A stretch of DNA of 42,702 nt from Patescibacteria group bacterium (GCA_040902515.1 JBBDXB010000003.1:1-42702), one strand, 5' to 3'; shown: positions 22,939 to 34,718, counted from the first letter of the stretch. Translations and numbers: made by a program. Notes: generated by a model not told the origin, from the sequence alone.

Positions 22939-23355
22939 TCAGTCCTCCAGTTCCTTCCGGATGATCTTCGTGCGTACCGGCAGCTTGTGGCGTGCCAGCC
23001 GGAGCGCCTCCAGGGCGACGTCCTGCTCCACGCCGTCCATCTCGAACAGCACGTGGCCCGGCTTCACGACGGTCACGAATGCGTACGGGTTTCCCTTGCC
23101 GCCGCCCATCGGGGTTTCCGAGGCGGTCTGGGTAATCGGCTTGCCCGGGAAGATCCGGATCCAGATCTTGCCGCCGCGTTTGACGTGACGGGTCATCGCC
23201 CGGCGGGCGGCCTCGATCTGCTGGGCCGTCACCCAGTCACGGGAAAGCGCCTTGATGCCGTACCGGCCGAATGCGAGCCGGTTGCCGGACTGCGCCTGCC
23301 CCTTCATCGAGCCGCGCATCACCTTGCGGTGCTTCATCTTACGCGGAGCGAGCAC
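22939..23355 (-). CDS. rplP: 50S ribosomal protein L16
   Basis: [24 protein letters not shown]; GTG at 23355 behind AGGAGG. Confidence 0.98.
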   Translation of the reverse strand: MLAPRKMKHRKVMRGSMKGQAQSGNRLAFGRYGIKALSRDWVTAQQIEAARRAMTRHVKRGGKIWIRIFPGKPITQTASETPMGGGKGNPYAFVTVVKPGHVLFEMDGVEQDVALEALRLARHKLPVRTKIIRKELED

Positions 23356-24055
23356 CGTAGCCTCCTCTGATTTCCTGCTGGCCGGTACGCGGCGGCGCGA
23401 ACCGGGGCTGGTCCTTCTGCTTCTCCGCATATTCGCCGACTTCGCCCTTGTAAATCCATACCTTCACGCCGATCGCACCGTGCGTGGTGCGAGCAAGTAC
23501 GTATCCGAAATCGATGTCGGCGCGGAGCGTATGCAGCGGTACCTTGCCCTGGTGCGCCACTTCGCGACGGGCCATGTCGGCGCCGCCGAGACGGCCGGAC
23601 ACGCTGATTTTCACGCCCTGGGCACCGGCCTTCATTACCCGGTCGATCGTCTGCCGGATCGCCCGGCGGAACGCGATCCGCTTCTCCAGCTGGCTCGCGA
23701 CCGACTCCGCGACCACGCGAGCGGCCAAGTCAGGCTGCTGGACTTCCTCGATGTTGATGGTGAGCTTGGCCTTGGTGCGCTTGGCGAGCTCCTTGCGCAG
23801 CGCCTCGATGCCGGCGCCGCCCCGGCCGATGATCACGCCCGGACGAGCCGCATGGATCGTCACGATCAGCTGGTTCTTCGAACGTTCGAGGTGGATCGAC
23901 CCCACGCTGGCACGGTCAAGTTTCTTCTCCAGGTACTCGCGCACGGCGATGTCTTCGCCGAGCAGCTTCGAGAATTCGCCGCCGCCGAACCAGCGCGTGC
24001 TCCAGTCGGTGACGATGCCTAGCCGGAAGCTCTTCGGATTTACTTTATGCCCCAT
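23339..24055 (-). CDS. rpsC: 30S ribosomal protein S3
   Basis: [43 protein letters not shown]. Confidence 0.98.
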   Translation of the reverse strand: MGHKVNPKSFRLGIVTDWSTRWFGGGEFSKLLGEDIAVREYLEKKLDRASVGSIHLERSKNQLIVTIHAARPGVIIGRGGAGIEALRKELAKRTKAKLTINIEEVQQPDLAARVVAESVASQLEKRIAFRRAIRQTIDRVMKAGAQGVKISVSGRLGGADMARREVAHQGKVPLHTLRADIDFGYVLARTTHGAIGVKVWIYKGEVGEYAEKQKDQPRFAPPRTGQQEIRGGYGARSA

Positions 24056-24630
24056 CAGTCTCCCTTCCCTCGTCCGGTGCCTTTCTCAGACTTACGATGC
24101 GTAACCGGCTGACCGCTCCGCGGCGCGACTTGGCGCTTCGGAGCCTGATCCTTCGGCTTCGCCGCCTCAGGACCGGTCGTCGCTTTCGATTCGCGCTTCG
24201 GAGCCGCCTTGGCGACCGTCTTCTTCACGGCGGCCTTGGTGGTCTTGGTAGCGGCAGACCGCTTCTTCGGCGCAGCCTTGGCCTTGCCTCCGGCGTCCGG
24301 CAGATCACGCAGCGTTACCGCCATGTGGAAAGATTGCCGCTTGATACCATGCGCGCGGCCGCGGGCGGCCGGCCGGTAGCGCTTGTAGCTGGGTCCCTGG
24401 TCGGCGGCGATCCGATCGATCACCAGCCGCTTCTTGTCGAGCGAGTAGTTGTGTTCGGCGTTCGCGACCGCGGACGCGATCAGCTTGCGCAGCGGGCGGG
24501 CGGCCGCCTGGGGTGCCAACCGGAGCTGCTGGAGCGCCTCTTCGGCCTGCATGCCGCGGAGCGGCTGCAGCAGCAGCCGGACCTTCCGGGCCGAACCGCG
24601 CTGGAACCGTGCTTTCGCCGCGACCTCCAT
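24055..24630 (-). CDS. rplV: 50S ribosomal protein L22 with long Lys/Ala-rich C-terminal extension
   Basis: SARKVR, SAVANAEHN, ARGRA, followed by a low-complexity tail of about 80 aa. Confidence 0.97.
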   Translation of the reverse strand: MEVAAKARFQRGSARKVRLLLQPLRGMQAEEALQQLRLAPQAAARPLRKLIASAVANAEHNYSLDKKRLVIDRIAADQGPSYKRYRPAARGRAHGIKRQSFHMAVTLRDLPDAGGKAKAAPKKRSAATKTTKAAVKKTVAKAAPKRESKATTGPEAAKPKDQAPKRQVAPRSGQPVTHRKSEKGTGRGKGD

Positions 24631-24902
24631 CAGGCCTCCTTCGCCGCCTTACCGCCATGGCTGCGGAACTTCCGGGTCGGGGCGAACTCGCCGAGCTTGT
24701 GCCCGACCATGTTCTCCGTCACGTAGACCGGGATGTGTTCCTTCCCGTTGTGCACGGCCAGCGTCTTTCCGACGAATTCGGGAGCGATCGCCGAGGCCCG
24801 TGCCCAGGTCTTGACCACGGCTTTGTCACCAGCACTCAGACCCTGCACCTTGCGGAGCAGTTTTTCGTCTACGTATGGTCCTTTCTTGAGTGATCGTGAC
24901 AT
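24630..24902 (-). CDS. rpsS: 30S ribosomal protein S19
   Basis: [30 protein letters not shown]. Confidence 0.99.
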   Translation of the reverse strand: MSRSLKKGPYVDEKLLRKVQGLSAGDKAVVKTWARASAIAPEFVGKTLAVHNGKEHIPVYVTENMVGHKLGEFAPTRKFRSHGGKAAKEA

Positions 24903-24915
24903 AGCGTCAAAACTC

Positions 24916-24978
24916 CATCCGGGCTACTAGCCTTTTGCCACTAGCCGGATGTATTACCGCGCGATTTTCTCACCACGC
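24916..24978 (-). promoter_or_regulatory. candidate structured 5' leader of rpsS (two hairpins)
   Basis: GCGUGGU-GAGAAA-AUCGCGC, then CAUCCGG-CUAGUGGC-AAAAG-GCUAGUAG-C-CCGGAUG abutting the GGAG SD. Confidence 0.6.
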
Positions 24979-24985
24979 TTTTCTC

Positions 24986-25014
24986 AGTATACGCACGAAT
25001 TACGCACGCAACAA
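24986..25014 (-). promoter_or_regulatory. internal promoter upstream of rpsS
   Basis: TTGTTG, 17 nt, TATACT within the 152-bp rplB-rpsS gap. Confidence 0.65.
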
Positions 25015-25054
25015 TCCCGCAGGGGCGCGGTTCCGCGATACTTGACCGGAACGT

Positions 25055-25894
25055 CTACCGCTGCCGATCACGGACGATCCGCTTGGCACGCCGGATGGCG
25101 CGGCCCTTCTTGCGGGTCTTGCGGCCGAGCGTGTACAGGCCGGACGGCGTCTTCGGTCCCTTGAGGCCGATCGGCTGCTGCCCTTCACCGCCGCCATGGG
25201 GGTGGTCCACCGGGTTCATCGCCTTGCCACGTACCTTCGGACGATGGCCCATGTGGCGGCTGCGGCCGGCCTTACCGATCCGCACGTTTTCGTGCTCGCG
25301 GTTGCTGGCCTGGCCCATGGTCGCGAGACAGTCGCCGGGAATCCGCCGGACCTCGCCGGACGGCATCTTCACCAGCGTCTGGCCGCGTTCCTGGCCCGTC
25401 ACGGTAGCGGAGCTGCCGGCCGAGCGGACGAACGTGCCCGAGCCTTCGGGACGCTGCTGGACGTTGAACACGGCGGTACCGGCCGGAATCCGCCGCAGGG
25501 GCAGCCGGTTGCCGGTCTTAAGCGGTGCCTTGCCGCCGACCGCGATCTTCTGGCCGATCTTCATGGTCTGCTCGGCCAACACGAACCGGCGATCGCCGTC
25601 GACGTACTTGAGGAGCGCCAGTCGCGCCGTACGGTTCGGGTCGTAGTGGATCGCCTCGACGGTCGCGGGAACCTCCTTGGCCTGGGCCAGGTCTACCACA
25701 CGGACCTGGCGCTTGGCCCCGGCGCCGCGACGACGGACGGTGATTCCTCCGGTCGATGAACGACCCTGCCGCTTGGTGGTGCCGCCGAGCAGTCGCTTCG
25801 GCAGCTTCGCCGGCTTGCCGGAGCTCTTCGGCATGGTGCTCACGGATGCCTTGCGACGTGCGGGAGTGGTCGGTTTGTAGAGTTTGATGGCCAT
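25055..25894 (-). CDS. rplB: 50S ribosomal protein L2
   Basis: YDPNRTA, RSAG, GKAGR, VRG.AMNPVDHPHGGGEG. Confidence 0.99.
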   Translation of the reverse strand: MAIKLYKPTTPARRKASVSTMPKSSGKPAKLPKRLLGGTTKRQGRSSTGGITVRRRGAGAKRQVRVVDLAQAKEVPATVEAIHYDPNRTARLALLKYVDGDRRFVLAEQTMKIGQKIAVGGKAPLKTGNRLPLRRIPAGTAVFNVQQRPEGSGTFVRSAGSSATVTGQERGQTLVKMPSGEVRRIPGDCLATMGQASNREHENVRIGKAGRSRHMGHRPKVRGKAMNPVDHPHGGGEGQQPIGLKGPKTPSGLYTLGRKTRKKGRAIRRAKRIVRDRQR

Positions 25895-25896
25895 GG

Positions 25897-26178
25897 TTAT
25901 GCGCTCAGCTCCTTGATCGTGTCGCCTTCCTTCAGGGTAACGTACGCCTTCTTGAACCCGGGCCGTTGGCCGTTGATGCTGCCTCCGCCCTTCCGTCCGC
26001 GTCGGCGCGTCTTCGATGGCTGCATCACCGTGCGGACGCCCGTGACGGTCACGCCATACACCGCCTCGACCTGCCGCTTGATCTCAAGCTTCACGGCCGT
26101 CCGCGGGACACGGAACGCGTAGACGCGCTGCTTCGCATCGCCCACGCCCTTCTCGGAAACGTGAGGAACCAGCCTCAT
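25897..26178 (-). CDS. rplW: 50S ribosomal protein L23
   Basis: P.VSEK, YAFRV, K.EIK..VE, KKAYVTL. Confidence 0.96.
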   Translation of the reverse strand: MRLVPHVSEKGVGDAKQRVYAFRVPRTAVKLEIKRQVEAVYGVTVTGVRTVMQPSKTRRRGRKGGGSINGQRPGFKKAYVTLKEGDTIKELSA

Positions 26179-26948
26179 CGCTGCTCCTTGGGTGCGGGCT
26201 TAGCGGGCTTGGTAGCGGGTTTCTTCGCAGCCGGCTTGGCGGGCATCGCCGCAGCCGTTTTCCGGACCGGCCGTTTCGCTGGCGGTTTCGCGGAGCTGGC
26301 CGGTTTCGCGGCGGCCTTGGGCTTCGCCGGGATAGCGGATACCAGCGCCTGATACGCCGCCTCGGTCACGACGAGCGTCCCCGGCCGGGCGATGTCCGCG
26401 GCGGTGAGGTCGTCGGTGGTGGTCAGGTCGCAGTTACGGAGGTTCCGGATGCCGTGGACCTGGTCCAGTTCCTGCGGCGCGACGGCCACGAGGATGGTTC
26501 CCGTCGGCACGACCTTTTCCCGCAGCACGGAAGCGACCTTGGTCTTCTGAAGACCAAGCGTGCCCGCGATTACCACCAGGCTGCCTGCCGCCGCCCGCTT
26601 GGCGAGGATCGTCGCCCGGGCTGCCCGGCGCACGGCCTGCGGAATCCGCTTGTAGCGACGCGGCTCGCCCGACGGGCCGAACGTGACGCCGCCGCCCTTC
26701 CAGATCGGGGAGCGGTTGGAACCGGCACGGGCACGTCCGGTGCCCTTCTGCATCCACGGTTTGGCGCCGCCGCCGCGGACCATGCCGCGTGTCTTGGTCA
26801 ATGGGCGGCTGCGGTTCTCATTCTGCTGCTGCACCACGAGTACGCGGGCAAGGCCCTGGTCGGAAAGGCTCACGGACGGTACGGCAAGCTTCTTGACCTG
26901 CGCCGCGCCCTTCGCGTTCACGACCCGGATTCCCTTGGTATCACTCAT
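26175..26948 (-). CDS. rplD: 50S ribosomal protein L4 with Lys/Ala/Pro tail
   Basis: [36 protein letters not shown]. Confidence 0.97.
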   Translation of the reverse strand: MSDTKGIRVVNAKGAAQVKKLAVPSVSLSDQGLARVLVVQQQNENRSRPLTKTRGMVRGGGAKPWMQKGTGRARAGSNRSPIWKGGGVTFGPSGEPRRYKRIPQAVRRAARATILAKRAAAGSLVVIAGTLGLQKTKVASVLREKVVPTGTILVAVAPQELDQVHGIRNLRNCDLTTTDDLTAADIARPGTLVVTEAAYQALVSAIPAKPKAAAKPASSAKPPAKRPVRKTAAAMPAKPAAKKPATKPAKPAPKEQR

Positions 26949-27835
26949 GATTGCTCCCGCTTCTCCGGTTTTTCATCGGCCTTGTCTCCGGCTTTGTCGT
27001 CGACCTTCTTACCCGCCTTGTCGTCGGCTTTCGCACCGTCCTGGGCGCCGGCCCTGGGGGCTTCTTCCTTCGATGCCCCGTCTTCCGGCGCTTCCGCGGG
27101 CGTTTCCGCCTTTGCTTCGGCTTTCGGTTCCTCTGCCGGCGCCGCGGCCTCGTCTGCCAGTGGCGACTGCTGGTCGTCAGCTTTCGGCCCGTCCTGCTTC
27201 GCAGATTGCGCCGGCGGGACCTTCGTCTGGGCGCCCGTGCCGCGGATCGTCACCACGGAGCCGCGCGGCCCCGGCACGCCGCCGCGCAGGATCAGGAGAC
27301 CCTCCTCCGCATCTACGCTCAGTACGGCCAGGTTGCGGGTAGTCACCTGCTCGTTTCCCATCCGGCCCGGCATCTTCTGGCCCGGGAACACGCGGGAAGC
27401 GCCCGTACCACCGATCGAACCCGGCGCACGGTAGTTGCGGGAACCGTGCGTCTTCGGGCCGCGCGAGAAGTTGTGGCGCTTGACCGTCCCCTGGAAGCCT
27501 TTCCCCTTGGATACGGACGTCACGTTCACCAGCTCGCCGGCGTCCACCTGGTCGGTACCCAGCGTCGCGCCGACCGCGATGTCGTCCGAAGCCTTCGGGA
27601 ACTCGGCCAGTACGCGATATGCCGTGCCCTTGGTCTGGCCCAGCACGGCCTTGCCGACCCGTGCTTCCTTGGCGGTCCCGGCTCCGACCTGCATCGCCTC
27701 GTAGCCGTCCCGCTCCTTGGTACGGAGCCGTACGACGGTGCTCGGCCACACCTTGAGCACGGTCGCGCCCACGGCGTTGCCGGCCGTGTCAAAGACTTGC
27801 GTCATTCCTATTTTTTCGCCGATTAAGATCTTCAT
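26945..27835 (-). CDS. rplC: 50S ribosomal protein L3 with long charged C-terminal extension
   Basis: [41 protein letters not shown]; start taken at MKILIG. Confidence 0.98.
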   Translation of the reverse strand: MKILIGEKIGMTQVFDTAGNAVGATVLKVWPSTVVRLRTKERDGYEAMQVGAGTAKEARVGKAVLGQTKGTAYRVLAEFPKASDDIAVGATLGTDQVDAGELVNVTSVSKGKGFQGTVKRHNFSRGPKTHGSRNYRAPGSIGGTGASRVFPGQKMPGRMGNEQVTTRNLAVLSVDAEEGLLILRGGVPGPRGSVVTIRGTGAQTKVPPAQSAKQDGPKADDQQSPLADEAAAPAEEPKAEAKAETPAEAPEDGASKEEAPRAGAQDGAKADDKAGKKVDDKAGDKADEKPEKREQS

Positions 27836-27914
27836 TGTGCTCAAACCAATGCCCCGGTATAGGGCCTGCCGTCTTGGCTCTGGGAAGCGCTCACGCGCCA
27901 CGGCCAGCGGACGG

Positions 27915-28238
27915 CTACATCTTGATTTCGATGTCTACACCTGCGGGGAGGTTCAGACTCATCAGCGCGTCGATCGTCTTAGGGGTCGGATTCTGGATCT
28001 CGATCAACCGCTTATGGGTCCGGATCTCGAACTGCTCGCGGGAGTCCTTGTGCATGTTGGTCGACTTGTTCACGGTGTACCGCGCCTTGTGCGTGGGCAG
28101 CGGGATCGGGCCCACCACCTCCGCGCCGGAGCGCTCGGTCGACTGGATGATCTGCTGGACCGACTGGTCGATGACCTTGTGGTCATACGCCTTCAGGCGG
28201 ATGCGGATCTTTTGCTGGATGGAATCTTTGGTTGCCAA
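27915..28238 (-). CDS. rpsJ: 30S ribosomal protein S10
   Basis: [34 protein letters not shown]; TTG start. Confidence 0.98.
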   Translation of the reverse strand: MATKDSIQQKIRIRLKAYDHKVIDQSVQQIIQSTERSGAEVVGPIPLPTHKARYTVNKSTNMHKDSREQFEIRTHKRLIEIQNPTPKTIDALMSLNLPAGVDIEIKM

Positions 28239-28255
28239 GGTGCGAGTGAGTTAGG

Positions 28256-28279
28256 GGCCGGGCCCGCGCGGGCCCGGCC
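28256..28279. repeat. perfect 24-bp GC palindrome (hairpin) between tuf and rpsJ
   Basis: GGCCGGGCCCGC-GCGGGCCCGGCC is its own reverse complement; no U-tract follows. Confidence 0.9.
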
Positions 28280-28290
28280 ATCCTGATTCG

Positions 28291-29472
28291 TTACTTGATG
28301 ATGTTCGTCACCACTCCTGCGCCGACGGTCTTGCCGCCTTCGCGGATCGCGAAGCGGAGACCCTGGTCCATCGCGATCGGCGCGATCAGCTTGACCTTCA
28401 TCTTGATGGTGTCGCCGGGCATGACCATCTCCGTGCCTTCCGGCAACTCGACCTCGCCGGTCACGTCCGTGGTCCGGATGTAGAACTGCGGCTTGTAACC
28501 CTTGAAGAACGGGGTGTGGCGTCCGCCCTCATCCTTGTTGAGGATGTAGACTTCGGCGTCGAACTCGGTGTGCGGGGTGATCGAACCCGGCTTGGCCAGC
28601 ACCTGGCCGCGCTCGATGTCCGTCCGCTCGATGCCGCGGAGGAGGATACCGGCGTTGTCACCGGCCTGGCCTTCGTCCAGCGACTTGTTGAACATCTCGA
28701 TGCCGGTCACTACCGACTTGCTGGTGTCGCGGATACCGACGATCTCTATCTCGTCGCTGACCTTGATCTTGCCCTGCTCGATCCGGCCCGTGGCGACGGT
28801 GCCGCGGCCCTTGATCGAGAAGACATCCTCGACGGGCATCAGGAAGTCCTTCTCCACGTCACGCTTCGGCTCCTCGACGTACTCGTCCAACTTGGAAACG
28901 AGCTCCTCGATCGCCTTCTCGCTTTCCGCGTCGCCCTCGAGGGCCTTGAGCGCGGAACCGCGGACGATCGGGATGTCCTTGCCGGGATACTCGTACTTGG
29001 TCAGGAGCTCGCGGACTTCTTCCTCGACAAGATCGAGGAGATCCTTGTCGTCCACCTGGTCGGCTTTGTTCAGGAAGACCACGATGTTCGGCACGCCCAC
29101 CTGGCGGGCCAGCAGGACGTGCTCACGGGTCTGGGGCATCGGGCCGTCGGCCGCGGATACCACCAGGATCGCCGCGTCGACCTGCGCCGCACCGGTGATC
29201 ATGTTCTTCACGTAGTCGGCGTGACCCGGCATGTCGACGTGGGCGTAGTGCCGCTTGTCGGATTCATACTCCACGTGGGACGTGGCGATGGTGATACCGC
29301 GCTCCTTCTCTTCCGGCGCGTTATCGATGTCCTCGAACTTCCGGGCGCTACCGCCGCCCTTCTTCGAGAGGACGTTGGTGATGGCCGCCGTCAGCGTGGT
29401 CTTTCCGTGGTCGACGTGACCGATGGTTCCCACGTTGAGGTGCGGCTTTGAGCGATCGAATTTGTCAGCCAT
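28291..29472 (-). CDS. tuf: elongation factor Tu
   Basis: [40 protein letters not shown]; SD AGGAGG. Confidence 0.99.
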   Translation of the reverse strand: MADKFDRSKPHLNVGTIGHVDHGKTTLTAAITNVLSKKGGGSARKFEDIDNAPEEKERGITIATSHVEYESDKRHYAHVDMPGHADYVKNMITGAAQVDAAILVVSAADGPMPQTREHVLLARQVGVPNIVVFLNKADQVDDKDLLDLVEEEVRELLTKYEYPGKDIPIVRGSALKALEGDAESEKAIEELVSKLDEYVEEPKRDVEKDFLMPVEDVFSIKGRGTVATGRIEQGKIKVSDEIEIVGIRDTSKSVVTGIEMFNKSLDEGQAGDNAGILLRGIERTDIERGQVLAKPGSITPHTEFDAEVYILNKDEGGRHTPFFKGYKPQFYIRTTDVTGEVELPEGTEMVMPGDTIKMKVKLIAPIAMDQGLRFAIREGGKTVGAGVVTNIIK

Positions 29473-29538
29473 TACGCTTCCTCCTCTTAATTGATTATGC
29501 GTCGCGTGTTTACGCGAAAAAACGTATGCACTCTAAAG

Positions 29539-29568
29539 ATTGTACCGAAGCGTGCGCTAGGCACGCAA
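29539..29568 (-). promoter_or_regulatory. tuf promoter
   Basis: TTGCGT, 18 nt, TACAAT about 65 nt upstream of tuf. Confidence 0.7.
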
Positions 29569-29593
29569 GCGGGAGCCGGTCGTCGAGCGGGGC

Positions 29594-30010
29594 TCACCTC
29601 TCCGCTACCATCACGTCCGCCGATATATCCGCGGGCTCGCCTTGCTCCACAACACCCCTTTCGTGGGTCTCAAGCAATGCCGTCCGGGCAGCCTCAACGG
29701 TCATCCTGAGTGGCATATCGGGTGTCGAATGACGGTCAAGATCTTCCAGCCAGCCGTCCGCGATCGTCGCAACCGCCTCGGGATAGGAGGCCGCATCGCC
29801 GCTCTGGACTGCCAGATCCACGGCTTCAGAGAGTTCATTGAGTACACGGATTCCGGTCGCGGCCTCGCACCGGCGCATCCGTACACTCGGCACCTCAAGT
29901 ACGCCTTCGTTCCGCTGACGGACCGTGTCCAGATGCGTCGCATAACGGGCGTGCAGCTCCTCGGCGGAATGGAAGAACGGGGTCTCGACGTCCTGGCTCA
30001 TATCATGCAT
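29594..30010 (-). CDS. hypothetical acidic helical protein
   Basis: 138-aa ORF filling the gap, 6 nt after the upstream stop; no recognised motif. Confidence 0.65.
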   Translation of the reverse strand: MHDMSQDVETPFFHSAEELHARYATHLDTVRQRNEGVLEVPSVRMRRCEAATGIRVLNELSEAVDLAVQSGDAASYPEAVATIADGWLEDLDRHSTPDMPLRMTVEAARTALLETHERGVVEQGEPADISADVMVAER

Positions 30011-30016
30011 CGTAGC

Positions 30017-31291
30017 CTACTCTCTGTTCGGGGGCACAATGTTCCGGTGCCGCTGCCACGCTTCGAATGAAATACCGTTGAGCGACTCGATGCGCGCCCG
30101 ACTGTCTTCCGGGCGGCGCTTCATGCTGGGTACGTACAGGACCCGCCGTTTCGCGAGATCCCGAGCCAAATGATCGATATCGCGCCGAAGCCGTTCGGCC
30201 CGCTGGTCCCGAATCCGCTTGCCCTCTATGTCCGTCAGCGGCGTACTCAGGGCAACCTCACCAGTCAGCCGCACTTTCCAATTGCCCTCGGAATCCGTAT
30301 ACCGCTTGCGGTCGAGATCGCCGACGCCACGACCAGCCTCGAGATCACGCCGGTACCACGGTGGCGCCGTCTCTTCCGTCGTCTGTATCTCGCCGGTCTC
30401 CTTGTCGATGCCGATAGACTTCTTCTTGGGAGTCGACCAGTGGGTGCCGCTTACCGACACCTCGGGCAGCGCCGTCGCCAACAGCTCCCGCGCAATGTGG
30501 AGCGTCGCGCCGCTGGATTTCATCTCGTCGATCGCGACGATGTGCCGGGGCGGTCCCTCGGTGCCATCCGTCCGGCGGACCGGCTTGAGCGGCATCTTCC
30601 AGACCTCATCGAGCCAGTTTGATTCGTTGAGTGTCACGGTCCGCTGTTGGCCGTCCGGCCCCTCCTCGCTCCGGCGGCCTTCGACGAACGGCAGCCGGAA
30701 ACGGCCGACGAGTTCACGAACCGCGCTAGGATTCTCCGCGATGCGTCCCATCTCGAACCCTTCCGGACCGGCTCCTTCGATCTCATGTTCAGGAACACCC
30801 ACGCGCCGCAGCCAGTCGATCCGGTCGATGTTGAAGAATCGGGATTCCGGAGGGGGCGGTACGGTCCCGTCCGGCCCCGGGGTCGCCAACTGACCCCAGA
30901 GCTTCCGGACGAGCCACGACACGGGGCGGCCGGACTTGTCGAGATACACCGCCACGTCGGGACGGCTGAGTCCCGGCAGCTCATCCGGCGCCGTGCGCTC
31001 GATGGCGGGGACGCCCGGCAGTAGCTCCTTGTCTGGTGCGGCGTGATAGACCTTTCCGGACGCTCCGGATTCCGGAGCAATCGAGCCGTCCAGTACGCCG
31101 ATGATCTTGTCGGTCTGGGAGACGGTCTTCTGCAGGATGACATCGGGACGCCGGGTATTTTCCAGCGTCAGGATACGGTAATCCGCCGGATCGACCTGGA
31201 ACACACCTTCACCGGAAGCCTCCGGCGCACGCTCGTGTGCCGGTTCCGAGTGCCGATCGGGATGATATCCACCGTTTCGTTCCGTATGCAT
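30017..31291 (-). CDS. hypothetical protein with type I phosphoribosyltransferase-like motifs
   Basis: AVYLDKSGRP (PPi-loop-like) and HIVAIDEMKSSGATL (PRPP-loop-like); start taken at ATG 31291, downstream of a clear promoter. Confidence 0.7.
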   Translation of the reverse strand: MHTERNGGYHPDRHSEPAHERAPEASGEGVFQVDPADYRILTLENTRRPDVILQKTVSQTDKIIGVLDGSIAPESGASGKVYHAAPDKELLPGVPAIERTAPDELPGLSRPDVAVYLDKSGRPVSWLVRKLWGQLATPGPDGTVPPPPESRFFNIDRIDWLRRVGVPEHEIEGAGPEGFEMGRIAENPSAVRELVGRFRLPFVEGRRSEEGPDGQQRTVTLNESNWLDEVWKMPLKPVRRTDGTEGPPRHIVAIDEMKSSGATLHIARELLATALPEVSVSGTHWSTPKKKSIGIDKETGEIQTTEETAPPWYRRDLEAGRGVGDLDRKRYTDSEGNWKVRLTGEVALSTPLTDIEGKRIRDQRAERLRRDIDHLARDLAKRRVLYVPSMKRRPEDSRARIESLNGISFEAWQRHRNIVPPNRE

Positions 31292-31311
31292 GATAAACCC
31301 AAAAGCCCATA

Positions 31312-31340
31312 ACCATAACAAAAATAAGCCCTCCAGTCAA
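31312..31340 (-). promoter_or_regulatory. promoter for the PRTase-like gene
   Basis: TTGACT, 17 nt, TATGGT, with an extended -10 TG. Confidence 0.7.
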
Positions 31341-31392
31341 GGGGCAAGGGCTTACCGGCATCCGAGTATCCGTCGGCGCCAGCCGTGTCCGG

Positions 31393-33489
<2,097 letters not shown>

Positions 33490-33556
33490 ACGAAAGATAG
33501 TTTACGGGATATACACGGCAATAGAAAGCGTTATGAAAGTGATAGGCTGGTACTAG

Positions 33557-34717
33557 ATGCACATATCATCAGTCTACGTAAGAAATTGGAAAAACTTTCC
33601 CGAAGTTAGGATTCGCTTAGAGAGAAGAGCGTTCTTTATAGGCCCTAATGCATCCGGAAAGTCTAATTTTTTAGACATTTTTCGTTTTCTCAGAGATATA
33701 ACAAGGGACGGTGGGGGCTTACAACAAGCGATTCTTACCAGAGGCGGGATCTCATCAATAAGATCCCTATCTGCCAGGAAAAATAGTGACATAGGCATAA
33801 AAATCAACCTTTTGGACGAACCAAATGAGAGATGGGCTTACGAGCTAGTAATAAGCAAGAAAAGAAATAGTCCAAAGGCTCATATCGTTAAAGAGATAGT
33901 TAAAAGGAATGAAGAAATACTCGTTCAGAGGCCGGATGCTCATGACAATAAGGATGCCGAGCGTCTAACTGAAACCTCTCTCGAGCAAATCAGTGAAAAT
34001 AAGGATTTCCGCAAAGTCTCGGATTTCTTTAATAACGTCAAGTACCGCAATCTCATACCTCAACTCATTAAAGATCCAGAAGAATTTCGCACTCACGGTG
34101 CTACAGACTTCGATCCTTATGGCCGAGATTTCTTAGATTATGTAGAAAAAACACATGGGAGATACCGAAACGCTCGTCTAAAAAATATTCTTTCCGCAAT
34201 TAAAATTGCTGCCCCTCAGGTTTCGGGGATACGCATCAGTCGAGACTCTCATGGAAAACCCCATCTCGTTGGATATATCCAACACTGGAGGTCAACAGAA
34301 GCTCAACAAAATGAGACCCAATTCTCTGATGGTACATTAAGGCTATTTGGTCTCCTTTGGCTGCTCTTTGAGACTCCAGCGGGATTATTGCTTCTTGAAG
34401 AACCCGAACTGTCTCTACACGCAGAGATAGTTCGGCATATCCCCCAAATGATCGAACAACTTGAGGAAAAACGAAAAACTAAGCAAAAAAACCAATTACT
34501 CATTAGCACTCATTCAAGAGATATGCTTCGCGACCCTGGAATCTCTGCGAGTGAGATTTTTTGGCTAACTCCCACTAAGGAAGGTACAACAGTTCAGTGT
34601 GCTGCCAATGATCGCAATATAGTTGAGGCGTTGGAAAGCGGGATGTCTCCCGCCGATATAGTCTTTCCCCTTTCAGCTCCGAGGCGACCGGAGCAACTAT
34701 CATTGGTTTTCAAATAG
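33557..34717 (+). CDS. ABC-type (AAA_15/AAA_21-like) ATPase, probable defence-associated
   Basis: Walker A GPNASGKS, signature-like FSDGT, Walker B LLLEEPE, D-loop SLH, H-loop ISTHS; AT-rich DNA. Confidence 0.9.
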   Translation: MHISSVYVRNWKNFPEVRIRLERRAFFIGPNASGKSNFLDIFRFLRDITRDGGGLQQAILTRGGISSIRSLSARKNSDIGIKINLLDEPNERWAYELVISKKRNSPKAHIVKEIVKRNEEILVQRPDAHDNKDAERLTETSLEQISENKDFRKVSDFFNNVKYRNLIPQLIKDPEEFRTHGATDFDPYGRDFLDYVEKTHGRYRNARLKNILSAIKIAAPQVSGIRISRDSHGKPHLVGYIQHWRSTEAQQNETQFSDGTLRLFGLLWLLFETPAGLLLLEEPELSLHAEIVRHIPQMIEQLEEKRKTKQKNQLLISTHSRDMLRDPGISASEIFWLTPTKEGTTVQCAANDRNIVEALESGMSPADIVFPLSAPRRPEQLSLVFK

Positions 34718-34718
34718 A

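Noticed and set aside
24916-24978. rpsS leader as a c-di-GMP or c-di-AMP riboswitch
   Set aside because: GGCAAA and GAAA-like words are present, but their order and the overall architecture do not match those riboswitch consensus structures.
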